A DNA stretch of 64,000 bases from IMG/VR virus record IMGVR_UViG_3300028284_000003, positions 1-64,000 of that record. One strand, written 5' to 3'. Every line of letters begins with the position of its first letter. Within the stretch, counting starts at the first letter, position 1. The DNA comes from a virus. Lineage: Duplodnaviria > Caudoviricetes. The translations under genes and the position numbers were made by a program. Shown piece after piece: positions 37,294 through 46,763 of this stretch. Under the pieces are notes generated by a model that saw nothing but the letters and a program-made list of their open reading frames with translations, searched no databases and was not told the origin of the DNA.

Positions 37294-37381
37294 GATGCTT
37301 ATTTATAATTGTTGCATCTATATATCACCTCTTTACAAAAGGTTTATGTTCTTAGGACATTAATTTACTTTTGTTCAATCT

Positions 37382-37711
37382 TTAATAATCTTCATCAAGA
37401 TCATCATTACTTGGAATATACTTTGGTAATTCTTTTTCAATTTCTAATTTCCATAAAAGATAGTTTGGAACTATAAATTTTCTTTCATGTTTTGGAACAT
37501 AAAATGTAGTTTTAGTAATAGTTTGTCTTGTAATTCTTGCCTGCTTATATCCTTTAATAAAAACAATATCATCTACGTTGAAGTCATTACCCCATAAAAA
37601 TTGAATGCCCATAAAAAAATTCTGAATTGTTTCTTTAAATGCAAAGCCAAGAAATGCAGAAATTGCTAAAACTCCCCATTCACCAATATACGTATATATT
37701 TCCTCTTTCAT
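37382..37711 (-). CDS. Minimal MscS-like protein (TM3 plus beta domain)
   Basis: GFAFKETIQNFFMG..FNVDDIV..T..IVPN. Confidence 0.6.
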   Translation of the reverse strand: MKEEIYTYIGEWGVLAISAFLGFAFKETIQNFFMGIQFLWGNDFNVDDIVFIKGYKQARITRQTITKTTFYVPKHERKFIVPNYLLWKLEIEKELPKYIPSNDDLDEDY

Positions 37712-37995
37712 TAATCTTCATCTTGTATTTTTCTAAGCTCTTCCTTTAATTCAAAAAGTCTCCATTCATAATCAAAAAGTTCTTCTCTTGGAATTCTACC
37801 TGCTTTAAATGCCTTTTTAGCAGCAACATACTCTCTTTCTAATTTTCTAATACTTTTATTAAGGTCATTAAGTAGAGGGTCTATTACATGCTTATTTTCT
37901 AGTTGAGAAGAATGTACACCTGTGTGCTTTCCTGGTTCTACTACCATTAAATTAAATTCTGAAAATAATTGTAAAAATCTTTCTATTTTTTTCAT
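37711..37995 (-). CDS. Hypothetical protein
   Basis: 94 aa, translationally coupled. Confidence 0.55.
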   Translation of the reverse strand: MKKIERFLQLFSEFNLMVVEPGKHTGVHSSQLENKHVIDPLLNDLNKSIRKLEREYVAAKKAFKAGRIPREELFDYEWRLFELKEELRKIQDED

Positions 37996-38013
37996 AAATT
38001 AAAAATTAGTGAT

Positions 38014-38610
38014 TTATTTATTATATATTTGATATTTTTCATAGTCTTTATAAATAGGGTCTATATTTGGAAAATAGTATTCATAAACAGATGAACCATT
38101 ATCTAAAATTATAGTTTTATAAAAACCAGAAGGTACAATTGCCCCTGTGTTTAGTCTTTTACTTCCTTCTCCAAATGCAACTTTAATCTGTACTGTAACT
38201 TTATTATATTGACTTGCCAATTCTCGTTCTAGCTTTTCTAGTTCCTTCCAAACACCTCTATTTAAACTATAATATTGTAATGCACAATTTAAATAATTAA
38301 AAGTCTCTTTAATCATTGGATATGTGCAGTTTTGACTCGCTGCTGGCACTAAATGCCCTCTATCCCATGGATTTTTATAATAATCTCCATTGTCTGAAGT
38401 ATGAATTTTTTTATCTCTAAAAAATTTAATACCTGTCCTAGATTCTCCATAATCACAATGATATACTTCATACTCTATATAAAGAGGTTGTTCAAATACT
38501 TCACTGTAAAATCCCCAGTAATACTCTTTTTCAAACTTGATCCTTTTAGATTTTTGTGAAAATACACTTAAAGTAAAAAGTAAGATTAATAACGTACTAA
38601 GCCTCTTCAT
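38014..38610 (-). CDS. Secreted DNA/RNA non-specific endonuclease
   Basis: Signal peptide; DRGHLVPAA, TF..LN..LQ..LNRG.W..LE and VPSGFYK. Confidence 0.9.
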   Translation of the reverse strand: MKRLSTLLILLFTLSVFSQKSKRIKFEKEYYWGFYSEVFEQPLYIEYEVYHCDYGESRTGIKFFRDKKIHTSDNGDYYKNPWDRGHLVPAASQNCTYPMIKETFNYLNCALQYYSLNRGVWKELEKLERELASQYNKVTVQIKVAFGEGSKRLNTGAIVPSGFYKTIILDNGSSVYEYYFPNIDPIYKDYEKYQIYNK

Positions 38611-38797
38611 TATATTTTACCATTTCTAAAGCCCTTGCAACTAATACTGCATCATTAACTGTTAATATCCCATGCTTCTGTGCTATTGTAGCAGTTTGTG
38701 CTAATACACCAACTGCTTGATTAATTGTCATTTCCTGTGCTTGTTTAAAAGTAGTAGACTGTTCTATTACAGACCCTGTTGTTTCTTTTTTTGCCAT
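38597..38797 (-). CDS. Hypothetical protein
   Basis: 66 aa, after promoter 38817. Confidence 0.55.
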   Translation of the reverse strand: MAKKETTGSVIEQSTTFKQAQEMTINQAVGVLAQTATIAQKHGILTVNDAVLVARALEMVKYNEEA

Positions 38798-38816
38798 TTT
38801 TATTTATATTTAAATA

Positions 38817-38842
38817 TTATATTACTTAAAATATAAAAGTTT
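38817..38842 (-). promoter_or_regulatory. AAAC-N16-ATATAA promoter
   Basis: Exact TTATAT-N16-GTTT. Confidence 0.6.
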
Positions 38843-39734
38843 ATAAATTTTTAATTAATTGTATTAATTCAGGTTGCGGAAATACATCGCTTTTATCTTT
38901 TCTAAAATTAGTGTGATTTAATAGACCGTATATTCTTCCTTCAGTTGCTGGTAAATTTAGATCAAATGCATTCACTCCTTGATTTATCCAATTTTGCATA
39001 CCTATTTTTAAATCTATTCCATGTGTTTCTGACAAATATTTTAATAAAGCTTCAAGAGACTTAAGTTGTTCGTTTGAGTATCTATGAAAAGCCTTATATC
39101 CTCTAAATGGGTTTTTTAAAATACACACTTGTGATTCTTCAACTAAAGCTCCAAACCAAGTGTACCAATTGCCATTTTTTTCTTTTAATCCACCTGCACT
39201 GCAAATTTCTATACTTAAAGAGTGTCTTTTTAAATACATTGTTGAGCCATATCCAATATGCCACCCATAATATTCATCATCAATTGCTCTAATTATTTTT
39301 CCATCATGGTTATTATTTCTACCATCTATTGAAACTCCTCCAATAACATAATTAGTTCCTACTCTACCTCTATTATCAGTAGACCAATGATCTATAACTT
39401 TATATGGATTTTCTCTCCCGGCTGTATGATGTAAAACAATATATTGTTTACTCGTAGGATCTTTAACATATTGCCCTTCTGGTAAGTGATATGTCTCTAT
39501 CCAATTTCCATAGGATTGCCTATCAGTATCTAAACTATATTCTATTGGATTATATTGTAATGCTTTCCAAGTTCTAGGTCCAACTATTCCATCACTGGGT
39601 ATTTTATTTCTTCTTTGAAAAGACGCTACAGAACCTTTAGTTTGATTTCCAAATATTCCATCAACTGGTTTAAGTCCTAAAAGGTCTTGTAAAATTTTAA
39701 CGTATTCTCCAGTGCTTCCTATTTTTAATATCAT
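38841..39734 (-). CDS. Endolysin: PG-binding domain plus N-acetylmuramoyl-L-alanine amidase
   Basis: LKIGSTG..DGIFG..DGIVGPRTW; IVLHHTAG, SIEI and H..RKDKSD. Confidence 0.9.
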   Translation of the reverse strand: MILKIGSTGEYVKILQDLLGLKPVDGIFGNQTKGSVASFQRRNKIPSDGIVGPRTWKALQYNPIEYSLDTDRQSYGNWIETYHLPEGQYVKDPTSKQYIVLHHTAGRENPYKVIDHWSTDNRGRVGTNYVIGGVSIDGRNNNHDGKIIRAIDDEYYGWHIGYGSTMYLKRHSLSIEICSAGGLKEKNGNWYTWFGALVEESQVCILKNPFRGYKAFHRYSNEQLKSLEALLKYLSETHGIDLKIGMQNWINQGVNAFDLNLPATEGRIYGLLNHTNFRKDKSDVFPQPELIQLIKNL

Positions 39735-40834
39735 TTTTTATTTTTATTTTTTAAAAAATTATTTCTTTGAGCCTTTTCGTTTTCTTTAGTAGCTTTATTT
39801 AAAAGTTTTTCAATATCGTCTTCCTCATCTAATTCCTCTACTTCTGTTAGTTTTTCTGCTGACATTTTTAAATTATCATTAGGTTCCGGATAATCTTCAT
39901 CATCATAGTCCTCACCATACCATTGTGAACCTTCACTTCCCCATTCATCTTCTTCATCTTCTTCGTGCAGAATATCATCAACGTGTTCAGAAAAGGCTTT
40001 ATCTTCAATCCATTCCTTTTGTTTTTTCTTAAGTCTTTCAAATGCAAAGTTAGCTGCAATTACCAATGCAATTGCAAGTGGATCAAATACAAATATTATA
40101 ATTAATAAAAGAACATTAATAATTTTATCCATTGGAACTCCTGTAACACTTGCTAAATATTTTAAAGGGCCAAGTTCACCTGCACTACCGTCTCCTATTT
40201 TTGCTTCAACTATTTCAGATTCAAAATTAAACAGTTTTTCATTTAATACATCTACCTTTTCATTAATAACATCTTGTCGACCTATAGCCTGGTCAAGTTG
40301 TTTTTCTAAAGCCTTTCTTGTTCTGCTTGAAGTTGATGTAATAATTTGACCAGTTTCCTTATCTCTCCACTGTACTTTATTATTTGAAAGTCCTTTTCTT
40401 AATTCTGCAACTGCCTCATCAATATTAGATTTTTCTTCAGTATAGACATCTAATTGACCTTGTACATTATCTCTCTTAGTTTCTATTAAAGTAATTTGTG
40501 CATCTCTATTACCTTCTTTATTTGCAGTTTCTTGATATGCCGCACTTAAGAATCCATAAATACCCATTGATGTTATTAATACTAAAACAAAACATGCTAT
40601 TGTTAAATAATACTTAAGCGCTTTTGGAATTGTATTTCTATATTGATATAATAATGATGCGATAACCAGTTTAGCAACCTCAAGACTACCTGCCATAATT
40701 ATGACTGCGAAACTTGCACCTGCAAAAAGTTTACTTAAACCACTGACTGAATAAAATGCTGCAGAGGCACTTACAGATAGTGCAGTTAATGCTATTAAGA
40801 AAGGAAATAACCTTTCAGATAAATTTTTAAACAT
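39731..40834 (-). CDS. Conserved phage membrane/coiled-coil protein
   Basis: Three N-terminal TMs, TSMGIYGFLS, ELGPLKY and IIFVFDPLAI. Confidence 0.7.
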   Translation of the reverse strand: MFKNLSERLFPFLIALTALSVSASAAFYSVSGLSKLFAGASFAVIIMAGSLEVAKLVIASLLYQYRNTIPKALKYYLTIACFVLVLITSMGIYGFLSAAYQETANKEGNRDAQITLIETKRDNVQGQLDVYTEEKSNIDEAVAELRKGLSNNKVQWRDKETGQIITSTSSRTRKALEKQLDQAIGRQDVINEKVDVLNEKLFNFESEIVEAKIGDGSAGELGPLKYLASVTGVPMDKIINVLLLIIIFVFDPLAIALVIAANFAFERLKKKQKEWIEDKAFSEHVDDILHEEDEEDEWGSEGSQWYGEDYDDEDYPEPNDNLKMSAEKLTEVEELDEEDDIEKLLNKATKENEKAQRNNFLKNKNKK

Positions 40835-40868
40835 GTCTTTAAGTTTTTTTATAGGATTATATATCCTC

Positions 40869-41624
40869 TTAATATCCGAACTTGTTCTTGAAAGCCTTTC
40901 TTGTTTCCATAAAGCTTTTATAATTATCCATTAGGTCTTCTTGATCTAATGTAAAACACTGTGGCACGTCATCCTCTTCATTGGCTATCCATATTTCAGC
41001 TCCATCGGCTTTAATACCTGTTCTATCCCAATAGGCTACCCAATATGCTGCAGTTTGTCTAAAATAATCTCTAACCCATTCAATTCTTTTAGGTCTTCTA
41101 CTATTTTTATAGTCTATGATTTGTACGCTGCCATCTTTCATTCTTGATACATTATCAAGCGTACCTGCATATTCACCACCTTTAAGAGTCCAAAGAAACC
41201 TTTCAGCATCCAATACCTCATCTATTCTTGAAAAGAATCTACTTTGATTATAAAAGAATTTATCAAACATTTTCCATGCTTCTTCTAAATATAATTCACC
41301 ATTCTCTAATTTTACTATTTCGTTAATTTCTTCATCAGTCTTACAAACTTCAGTAAGCTGTTCTTTCATTTCTTCTGGAGTACCTGCAAATCCTTTATAT
41401 AATTCTATTTGACGGTGCATGATTGTACCTCTATTCATAGATAGCTGACTAATCCTATTAGCCTCTTTTTCACCAACTCTTTTTTTCCATTTTTCAAGGC
41501 CACTCTTATCTGACATCTCTCCCATAACCGTAGTTACAGAAGGTAGTGTTGCAATTACCTTTTCATCTTTTGTGACTTGATAAAACCTTTTGCCATCTTT
41601 GTGGACTCTTTTTACTTCTTCCAT
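40869..41624 (-). CDS. PD-(D/E)XK exonuclease
   Basis: PSVTTV..W..RGT.MH, AGTLD, IIDYK and Q..AY. Confidence 0.85.
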   Translation of the reverse strand: MEEVKRVHKDGKRFYQVTKDEKVIATLPSVTTVMGEMSDKSGLEKWKKRVGEKEANRISQLSMNRGTIMHRQIELYKGFAGTPEEMKEQLTEVCKTDEEINEIVKLENGELYLEEAWKMFDKFFYNQSRFFSRIDEVLDAERFLWTLKGGEYAGTLDNVSRMKDGSVQIIDYKNSRRPKRIEWVRDYFRQTAAYWVAYWDRTGIKADGAEIWIANEEDDVPQCFTLDQEDLMDNYKSFMETRKAFKNKFGY

Positions 41625-42115
41625 TATAATAATTTACCGATAAAATTAAATAAGTTTTCAAATACTTCGTTGACTATAAAAAGTCTAGTAATTAAATATA
41701 CAATAAATACATAAATTGCCGTATATAATATACTACCGATCATTGCAAATATATTTAATCGATCAAGAACTGGCCAAAATATGACAAGATAGGCTCCACT
41801 GCCTTTAAGCTCTTGCATTTGTGGATAGACTACGTTTGATAATTTAAGTTCATTTAAGACTCCGCCGAATTGACCAAGTTGTTTTAATACAAAGGCTTGT
41901 TGTATTTCCTCAGCAGCACCTAAAACTTCATCTGGTATATTTACTACACCATAAACTCTGCCAATCCAATCGACTCTTAAGTCACGTTCTTCGAGTTTCT
42001 TTCTGTTTCGTTTAGTATTAGTTTGAAAAATAAACCAAATTCTAAATTCTAGAATAAAGTTGTACCAGTAACTAAAAGGCTGATATATCCAATATAAGAT
42101 GCTTGTGAATTTCAT
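41624..42115 (-). CDS. Membrane protein
   Basis: LRVDWIGRVY.V.N motif; C-terminal TM helix. Confidence 0.6.
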   Translation of the reverse strand: MKFTSILYWIYQPFSYWYNFILEFRIWFIFQTNTKRNRKKLEERDLRVDWIGRVYGVVNIPDEVLGAAEEIQQAFVLKQLGQFGGVLNELKLSNVVYPQMQELKGSGAYLVIFWPVLDRLNIFAMIGSILYTAIYVFIVYLITRLFIVNEVFENLFNFIGKLL

Positions 42116-42128
42116 AATTTTTATTTAG

Positions 42129-42202
42129 AGCCTTTGGAGGGACTCGAACCCACGACCTGCTGATTACAAATCAGCTGCTCTAGCCAGCTGAGCTACAAAG
42201 GC
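42129..42202 (-). tRNA. tRNA-Thr(UGU)
   Basis: GCTGA-TTTGTAA-TCAGC anticodon arm; no CCA. Confidence 0.95.
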
Positions 42203-42244
42203 AAATGAAAGGTGAGATTGCTCTCACCTCTGGTTGTTGTATAA

Positions 42245-42427
42245 TTAACTGTTAGTTTTATTAGTTTCAGAAACGTGTACTCTTACGTCTTGTGCTAAAG
42301 CTTTAATAGCTTGCATTCCTTTTCTTACTCTAGTACCAGCAGCCTTGTTGCCTTTTTCATTGAACTTTGAAGCATCATCTTGAATACTATCTAAAGTTGT
42401 TTGTAATTGTTCTAATAATTCTGTCAT
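42245..42427 (-). CDS. Histone H1-like (Hc1-family) protein
   Basis: KF.EKGNKAAGTRVRK.MQ.IK..AQ..R. Confidence 0.8.
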   Translation of the reverse strand: MTELLEQLQTTLDSIQDDASKFNEKGNKAAGTRVRKGMQAIKALAQDVRVHVSETNKTNS

Positions 42428-42455
42428 TTGTTTATTTTTTATTAATTTACTATTA

Positions 42456-42481
42456 TTATATAAAGAAGTTTTTATTTGTTT
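42456..42481 (-). promoter_or_regulatory. AAAC-N16-ATATAA promoter
   Basis: Exact TTATAT-N16-GTTT. Confidence 0.65.
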
Positions 42482-42903
42482 CTTTTTTTAAGTTCTAATT
42501 CAAAAATTCTATTTCTTAATTCAGTGCTTGAAAACCCATGATCTCTTTTGTTGTAAAAGATTTCAATACCTCTCTTTTCACAAATGTCTTTTGCTGTAAA
42601 TTCCTTGCCAAAATATTCTCCACCTATAATTCTTACATCAAGTTTAAATGAACTAAAAATATCAATTAAATCTTTCTCAGTTTGATATGGTAATATTTTA
42701 TCCACGTAACTACAACCTTCTAATTGAATAAACCTTTCTACTAAAGATTGAATTGGCTTATTTTTTGTATCTGGTCGGTCTATTGTTGGATCTGTTTGAA
42801 GAGTACATATTAAGTAGTCACATTGACTCTTGGCTTCTTCTAACATTTTAATATGACCCGCATGTAAAAGGTCGAATGTTGAACATGTAATTCCTATTTT
42901 CAT
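42472..42903 (-). CDS. Glycerol-3-phosphate cytidylyltransferase (TagD-like)
   Basis: STFDLLHAGH..R.HGFSSTELR; start MKIGIT. Confidence 0.85.
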   Translation of the reverse strand: MKIGITCSTFDLLHAGHIKMLEEAKSQCDYLICTLQTDPTIDRPDTKNKPIQSLVERFIQLEGCSYVDKILPYQTEKDLIDIFSSFKLDVRIIGGEYFGKEFTAKDICEKRGIEIFYNKRDHGFSSTELRNRIFELELKKRNK

Positions 42904-43901
42904 AATTTTAATTTTGTTTGCCAGTTCCAAGAATCCCTTAAACTATCTCCTAAACTATATTTAGGTTGCCATCTTAGTTTTTTTACAATTAAACTATTAT
43001 CTGCAAAAATTTCAGGAACATCGCCTTCTCTTCTTGGTCCTATTTTATATTTTATTTTTATATTATTAACTTTTTCAAATTCATTTACTATTTCAAGAAC
43101 TGAACTTCCATTACCTGTTCCAACGTTTAATAATAAATCTTCTTTATTCTTTACACTATATTCTAGCGCCTTGACATGAGAATCTGCAAGATCCATTACA
43201 TGAATATAATCTCTAATGCAAGTTCCATCAGGTGTTTCATAATCTCCACCGTTGATTGTTAATTCTTCTCTAATCCCAGCAGCAACTTGAACAACATAGG
43301 GAATTAAGTTATTTGGAACTCCTATAGGAAGCTCACCAATTAGACCCGATGGATGTGCTCCTACTGGATTAAAGTATCTTAATAAACACAGATTAGCTTC
43401 TTTGTTTTTAAAAAAATCTGTAAGAATTCTTTCACCAGCTACTTTGGTATAACCATAAGGAGAATTAGCCTTTTTTGTTGGGGTTTTTTCGCTAACTGGT
43501 ACATTATCTGGAATACCATAAACTGTACATGAAGATGAAAAGACAAATGATTTAATTTCATATTCATTTACTAATTCTAATAAATTAATTAAATTGCTTA
43601 TATTATTTTTATAATACTTTAATGGATTTTGCACAGATTCCCCAACGGCCTTATCTGCTGCAAAATGAATAATACCTTCTGGATTTTCAGAATTTATTAC
43701 TTTTCTTATTTCTCCTTTATTTTCTATAGTTAAGCGGTATGATTTTACCTTTTGATTTACTATATCTTCTATTCTAGAAATAACTGATCCTTCAGAATTT
43801 CTAAAATCGTCTATTATTATAGGCTCATGACCTGCTTTAATTAACTGAACTACAGTATGTGAACCTATATAACCAGCTCCTCCTGTGACTAATACTTTCA
43901 T
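42900..43901 (-). CDS. galE: UDP-glucose 4-epimerase
   Basis: TGGAGYIGSH, HFAA.KAVGES, YGYTK, LRYFNPVGAH and DGTCIRDYIHV. Confidence 0.96.
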   Translation of the reverse strand: MKVLVTGGAGYIGSHTVVQLIKAGHEPIIIDDFRNSEGSVISRIEDIVNQKVKSYRLTIENKGEIRKVINSENPEGIIHFAADKAVGESVQNPLKYYKNNISNLINLLELVNEYEIKSFVFSSSCTVYGIPDNVPVSEKTPTKKANSPYGYTKVAGERILTDFFKNKEANLCLLRYFNPVGAHPSGLIGELPIGVPNNLIPYVVQVAAGIREELTINGGDYETPDGTCIRDYIHVMDLADSHVKALEYSVKNKEDLLLNVGTGNGSSVLEIVNEFEKVNNIKIKYKIGPRREGDVPEIFADNSLIVKKLRWQPKYSLGDSLRDSWNWQTKLKL

Positions 43902-43914
43902 AATTTAAAAATAG

Positions 43915-43988
43915 TGGAGGATATCGGAGTCGAACCGATGACCTCCTGCGTGCAAGGCAGGCGCTCTAGCCAGCTGAGCTAATCCCCC
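43915..43988 (-). tRNA. tRNA-Ala(UGC)
   Basis: GGGGGAT/ATCCTCC acceptor with G3:U70; CCTGC-CTTGCAC-GCAGG anticodon arm; no CCA. Confidence 0.96.
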
Positions 43989-43994
43989 ATCTTT

Positions 43995-44279
43995 TTACTT
44001 CTCCTTAGAAGCAGTATTTAACATATCAGAAATAGATTTAATTAAACTATTTGCTAATAACTCTATAGCTTTCTTTTCACTATCGGCTTGATAAATTCTA
44101 TAAAATCCATAAGAATTTACTATTTGACTTAAATCTAGTCCTCTTTCTTGATCTTTAGTTTTAATAGCTAGTACTTCTTTTTTATCATCATTTATTGCTA
44201 AATAAACTTTAATGTCTTTTCCTAACTTCTTGTCTACCTTTTCAATTAGTATATCTAATATGTGTTTCTGTTCTTTCAT
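43995..44279 (-). CDS. Hypothetical protein
   Basis: 94 aa, after promoter 44285. Confidence 0.6.
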   Translation of the reverse strand: MKEQKHILDILIEKVDKKLGKDIKVYLAINDDKKEVLAIKTKDQERGLDLSQIVNSYGFYRIYQADSEKKAIELLANSLIKSISDMLNTASKEK

Positions 44280-44284
44280 GTTAA

Positions 44285-44310
44285 TTATATATTATATTTT
44301 AGATTTGTTT
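44285..44310 (-). promoter_or_regulatory. AAAC-N16-ATATAA promoter
   Basis: Exact TTATAT-N16-GTTT. Confidence 0.6.
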
Positions 44311-44325
44311 ATATATCTTTTTATT

Positions 44326-44574
44326 TTAATATTCCTCTCCATAAAGACCATTCTTAATATCCTTTTCTTCTTGAGTTTCAAACTGATCCATTTCCCACAT
44401 ACAGTGACCATGTAGGTCTTCTAGCTTTTGATCAGTTAGTAGATCTATTTTTTCCTTATCAATATCTTCTCCAACGTGCTCATAATAGTCGTAAATTTCT
44501 ACAAGCATCAATGCTCTTTTATTTAAGTCTGCTAATAATTGGCTTGTCTTTCTATCGTTTGTTTGATTATTCAT
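44326..44574 (-). CDS. Hypothetical acidic protein
   Basis: 82 aa, downstream of the sigma gene. Confidence 0.55.
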   Translation of the reverse strand: MNNQTNDRKTSQLLADLNKRALMLVEIYDYYEHVGEDIDKEKIDLLTDQKLEDLHGHCMWEMDQFETQEEKDIKNGLYGEEY

Positions 44575-44598
44575 TTTATTTTTTTTTAAGATTTAAGA

Positions 44599-45207
44599 TT
44601 ATGATATTTTTTCTGCGATTAATGTTTTACCTCTACGGATTCTGTTTTTAACAGTTTGTAAATTGACTTTATGTTTTGCTGAAATGTCTTCGTATCTCAT
44701 ACCTTTTAAAAGTCTATCTTCCATAATTTCTTTATACATTGGTTTAAGATCTACAATTGCTTTAAGTGCACTTTCGTATTTTTGCATAAGCTCTTCGTCT
44801 TCTTCAATGTAGTCATTTTCAGTTTTTTGTTCGTATTCCATTAAGAGTCCATTTGCAGAACCATTAATAATACCATCATCTCCTACTTGTACGCCGAATT
44901 CTCTTAGCTGATCAAGAGATGATTTTTTGTTTCTTTCTTTAATATAACCTAAAGCTTCATTGAATGCGATCTTGTATAACCATGTTGTAATTTGCCATTC
45001 TGGCTTATATTGATCTATTTTAGTCCACAGTTTAATTAGCACATTTGAAGTTAAGTCGCTTGCGATACTGTTGTCTTTTACTATTTTGTAGATATAAGTT
45101 TTAAGACCTGGTTTTACTCTGTTGTAAATTGCATTGTAGTCTTTTTCTGATCTAGTTGCTACGAAGTTTTCTGCTAATTCTCTGTATGTTATTTTTGTTT
45201 TTGGCAT
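44599..45207 (-). CDS. ECF-type sigma-70 factor
   Basis: Region 2 (DL..NV.IKLW.KI.QY..ITTWLYKIAFN) and region 4 (YEDIS..VNLQTVKNRIRRGK). Confidence 0.9.
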   Translation of the reverse strand: MPKTKITYRELAENFVATRSEKDYNAIYNRVKPGLKTYIYKIVKDNSIASDLTSNVLIKLWTKIDQYKPEWQITTWLYKIAFNEALGYIKERNKKSSLDQLREFGVQVGDDGIINGSANGLLMEYEQKTENDYIEEDEELMQKYESALKAIVDLKPMYKEIMEDRLLKGMRYEDISAKHKVNLQTVKNRIRRGKTLIAEKIS

Positions 45208-45233
45208 ATTTATTGTTTTTTTACGTTTTTAAT

Positions 45234-45308
45234 TTATAATACTAATATAACTATAATTTTTGACCCGTGAAAATTTTAAGGCACTTTTTTTCAAAAGTTA
45301 TGAACAAT
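45234..45308 (-). promoter_or_regulatory. Early-type promoter repeat E4 (sigma gene)
   Basis: Full repeat 27 nt upstream of the sigma ATG. Confidence 0.78.
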
Positions 45309-45500
45309 TTAAGATTCTCTATCCCATTGTTCATTATCGGCTGTGATTTGACACAATGTTAAGAACTCATCTTTAAGTTCTGCTAAAGACCATTCGGAAT
45401 ACTTAATTCCTCTAGGTCTAATCCCATGTGCGTCTTTATAAGCGTCGCTCATTACCTGTAAAAATTCTTTTTTAGTCCAAGTGTCGATTATGTCTGTCAT
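45309..45500 (-). CDS. Hypothetical phage protein
   Basis: SDAYKDAHGIRPR motif; bracketed by E4 and E5. Confidence 0.65.
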   Translation of the reverse strand: MTDIIDTWTKKEFLQVMSDAYKDAHGIRPRGIKYSEWSLAELKDEFLTLCQITADNEQWDRES

Positions 45501-45513
45501 GTTTAAGTTTTAA

Positions 45514-45590
45514 TTATAATACTAATATAACTATAAACTTTGACCCGTGAAAACTTTTAGGCACTTTTTTTCCTAAAAGTTATTAACAAT
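45514..45590 (-). promoter_or_regulatory. Early-type promoter repeat E5
   Basis: Full repeat. Confidence 0.75.
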
Positions 45591-45702
45591 TATTTCTTAA
45601 AAATTTTTATTAAATCAAGGACGGTATTGCCCACGATAGAAATTAAAAGCACCATTCCGAGAAAGTGCCATATTGATTGAAATGTAAATTCGAAAAATGT
45701 CA

Positions 45703-46227
45703 TCATGTTATTTCTTTTAATAAGTCCATAAGTGAATTAATATCTTGTGGCTTAAAGTTACATTGATCAGTGCTACAATTTATCATTCTCTTTTTTGGTA
45801 CTGTTTTGTATTTACGAGTTGGATAGCCTATAACTCCATAATACTTTTTAGATTTTTTAGGCCATTCCTGCATAGGCCAATAATTTAAACATATTTTTAA
45901 AGTATCAATTGAAAAATATGGATCTATTATTTTTACATTTTTAGGTAAATTACCCTTGTTGTAAAGATCTAATATTGGCTGATCATTTTCTCCAATTATC
46001 ATAAAGATTTTTTTACCTTTTAATAATAGTAATGAATCATATGCTGTTTTAGGATCCCATGCAAAATTACCAAGGTGATATACAACGTCTTCATTAGTTA
46101 CAACATCGTTCCAATTTTTAATTAAATCAGAAGTCATTGAATCTACGCTAATATAAGGGCGTCTCCATTTTCCAATGGCCGATTGACGCCCTAATTGCAT
46201 ATTACCTGTTATAAATGTTTTACCCAT
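45703..46227 (-). CDS. Degenerate calcineurin-like metallophosphoesterase
   Basis: Fold motifs retained (LIKNWN.VV..D.VYHLG.F, L.G...I.G..D) but DxH is NMQ, GD is GN and GNHD is GEND. Confidence 0.7.
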   Translation of the reverse strand: MGKTFITGNMQLGRQSAIGKWRRPYISVDSMTSDLIKNWNDVVTNEDVVYHLGNFAWDPKTAYDSLLLLKGKKIFMIIGENDQPILDLYNKGNLPKNVKIIDPYFSIDTLKICLNYWPMQEWPKKSKKYYGVIGYPTRKYKTVPKKRMINCSTDQCNFKPQDINSLMDLLKEIT

Positions 46228-46763
46228 TAGGCTACTGTAAATTTAATGTTGTATCTATTCCAAAGATCTGTCATTAACTTAACTTCTCTTGTGCCTGTTT
46301 GAGCATTCTTAATTTTTTGGTCTTTTGATGTATCAATAAAAAGATACATTACAAAGTCATAGCTTGTTGAATAAACAAGGCTTTGGCCGATTCCACTTCT
46401 TAAACTATTTCCACTCTCCCCTCTTCTAAACTCAATCGCTATATTCATACCGTTCATTTCTAGTACCATATCTGGTCTATTTAATGTTCCCATAAATAAA
46501 GTATGGTGTACAGTAGTGTTAACATCACCTTCCCATTTTAAGTTTTTCTTTACCTTTACCTTTGCCTTCTCAGCAGTAGTGTCAGTATTTTCAACTAAAT
46601 ATTGAGTTAGTGATTGTACAAGGTGAGGATAAACAAATTGTTTGATTTGATCTTCAGTCTTGTTTTTATAATCAATTGTATTAAATATGTCGTCTTGTGT
46701 AATAGCCTCAGAAATTAATTCCATGAAGTCTAATCTCTTTTGACTCTTAGCCTTTTGTCTCAT
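46227..46763 (-). CDS. PD-(D/E)XK-like protein
   Basis: RPDMV..IAIEFR..GIGQSLVY. Confidence 0.55.
   Translation of the reverse strand: MRQKAKSQKRLDFMELISEAITQDDIFNTIDYKNKTEDQIKQFVYPHLVQSLTQYLVENTDTTAEKAKVKVKKNLKWEGDVNTTVHHTLFMGTLNRPDMVLEMNGMNIAIEFRRGESGNSLRSGIGQSLVYSTSYDFVMYLFIDTSKDQKIKNAQTGTREVKLMTDLWNRYNIKFTVA

Noticed and set aside
40869-41624. Cas4 / CRISPR adaptation gene
   Set aside because: No Fe-S cysteine cluster, array or other cas genes; an ordinary phage PD-(D/E)XK exonuclease
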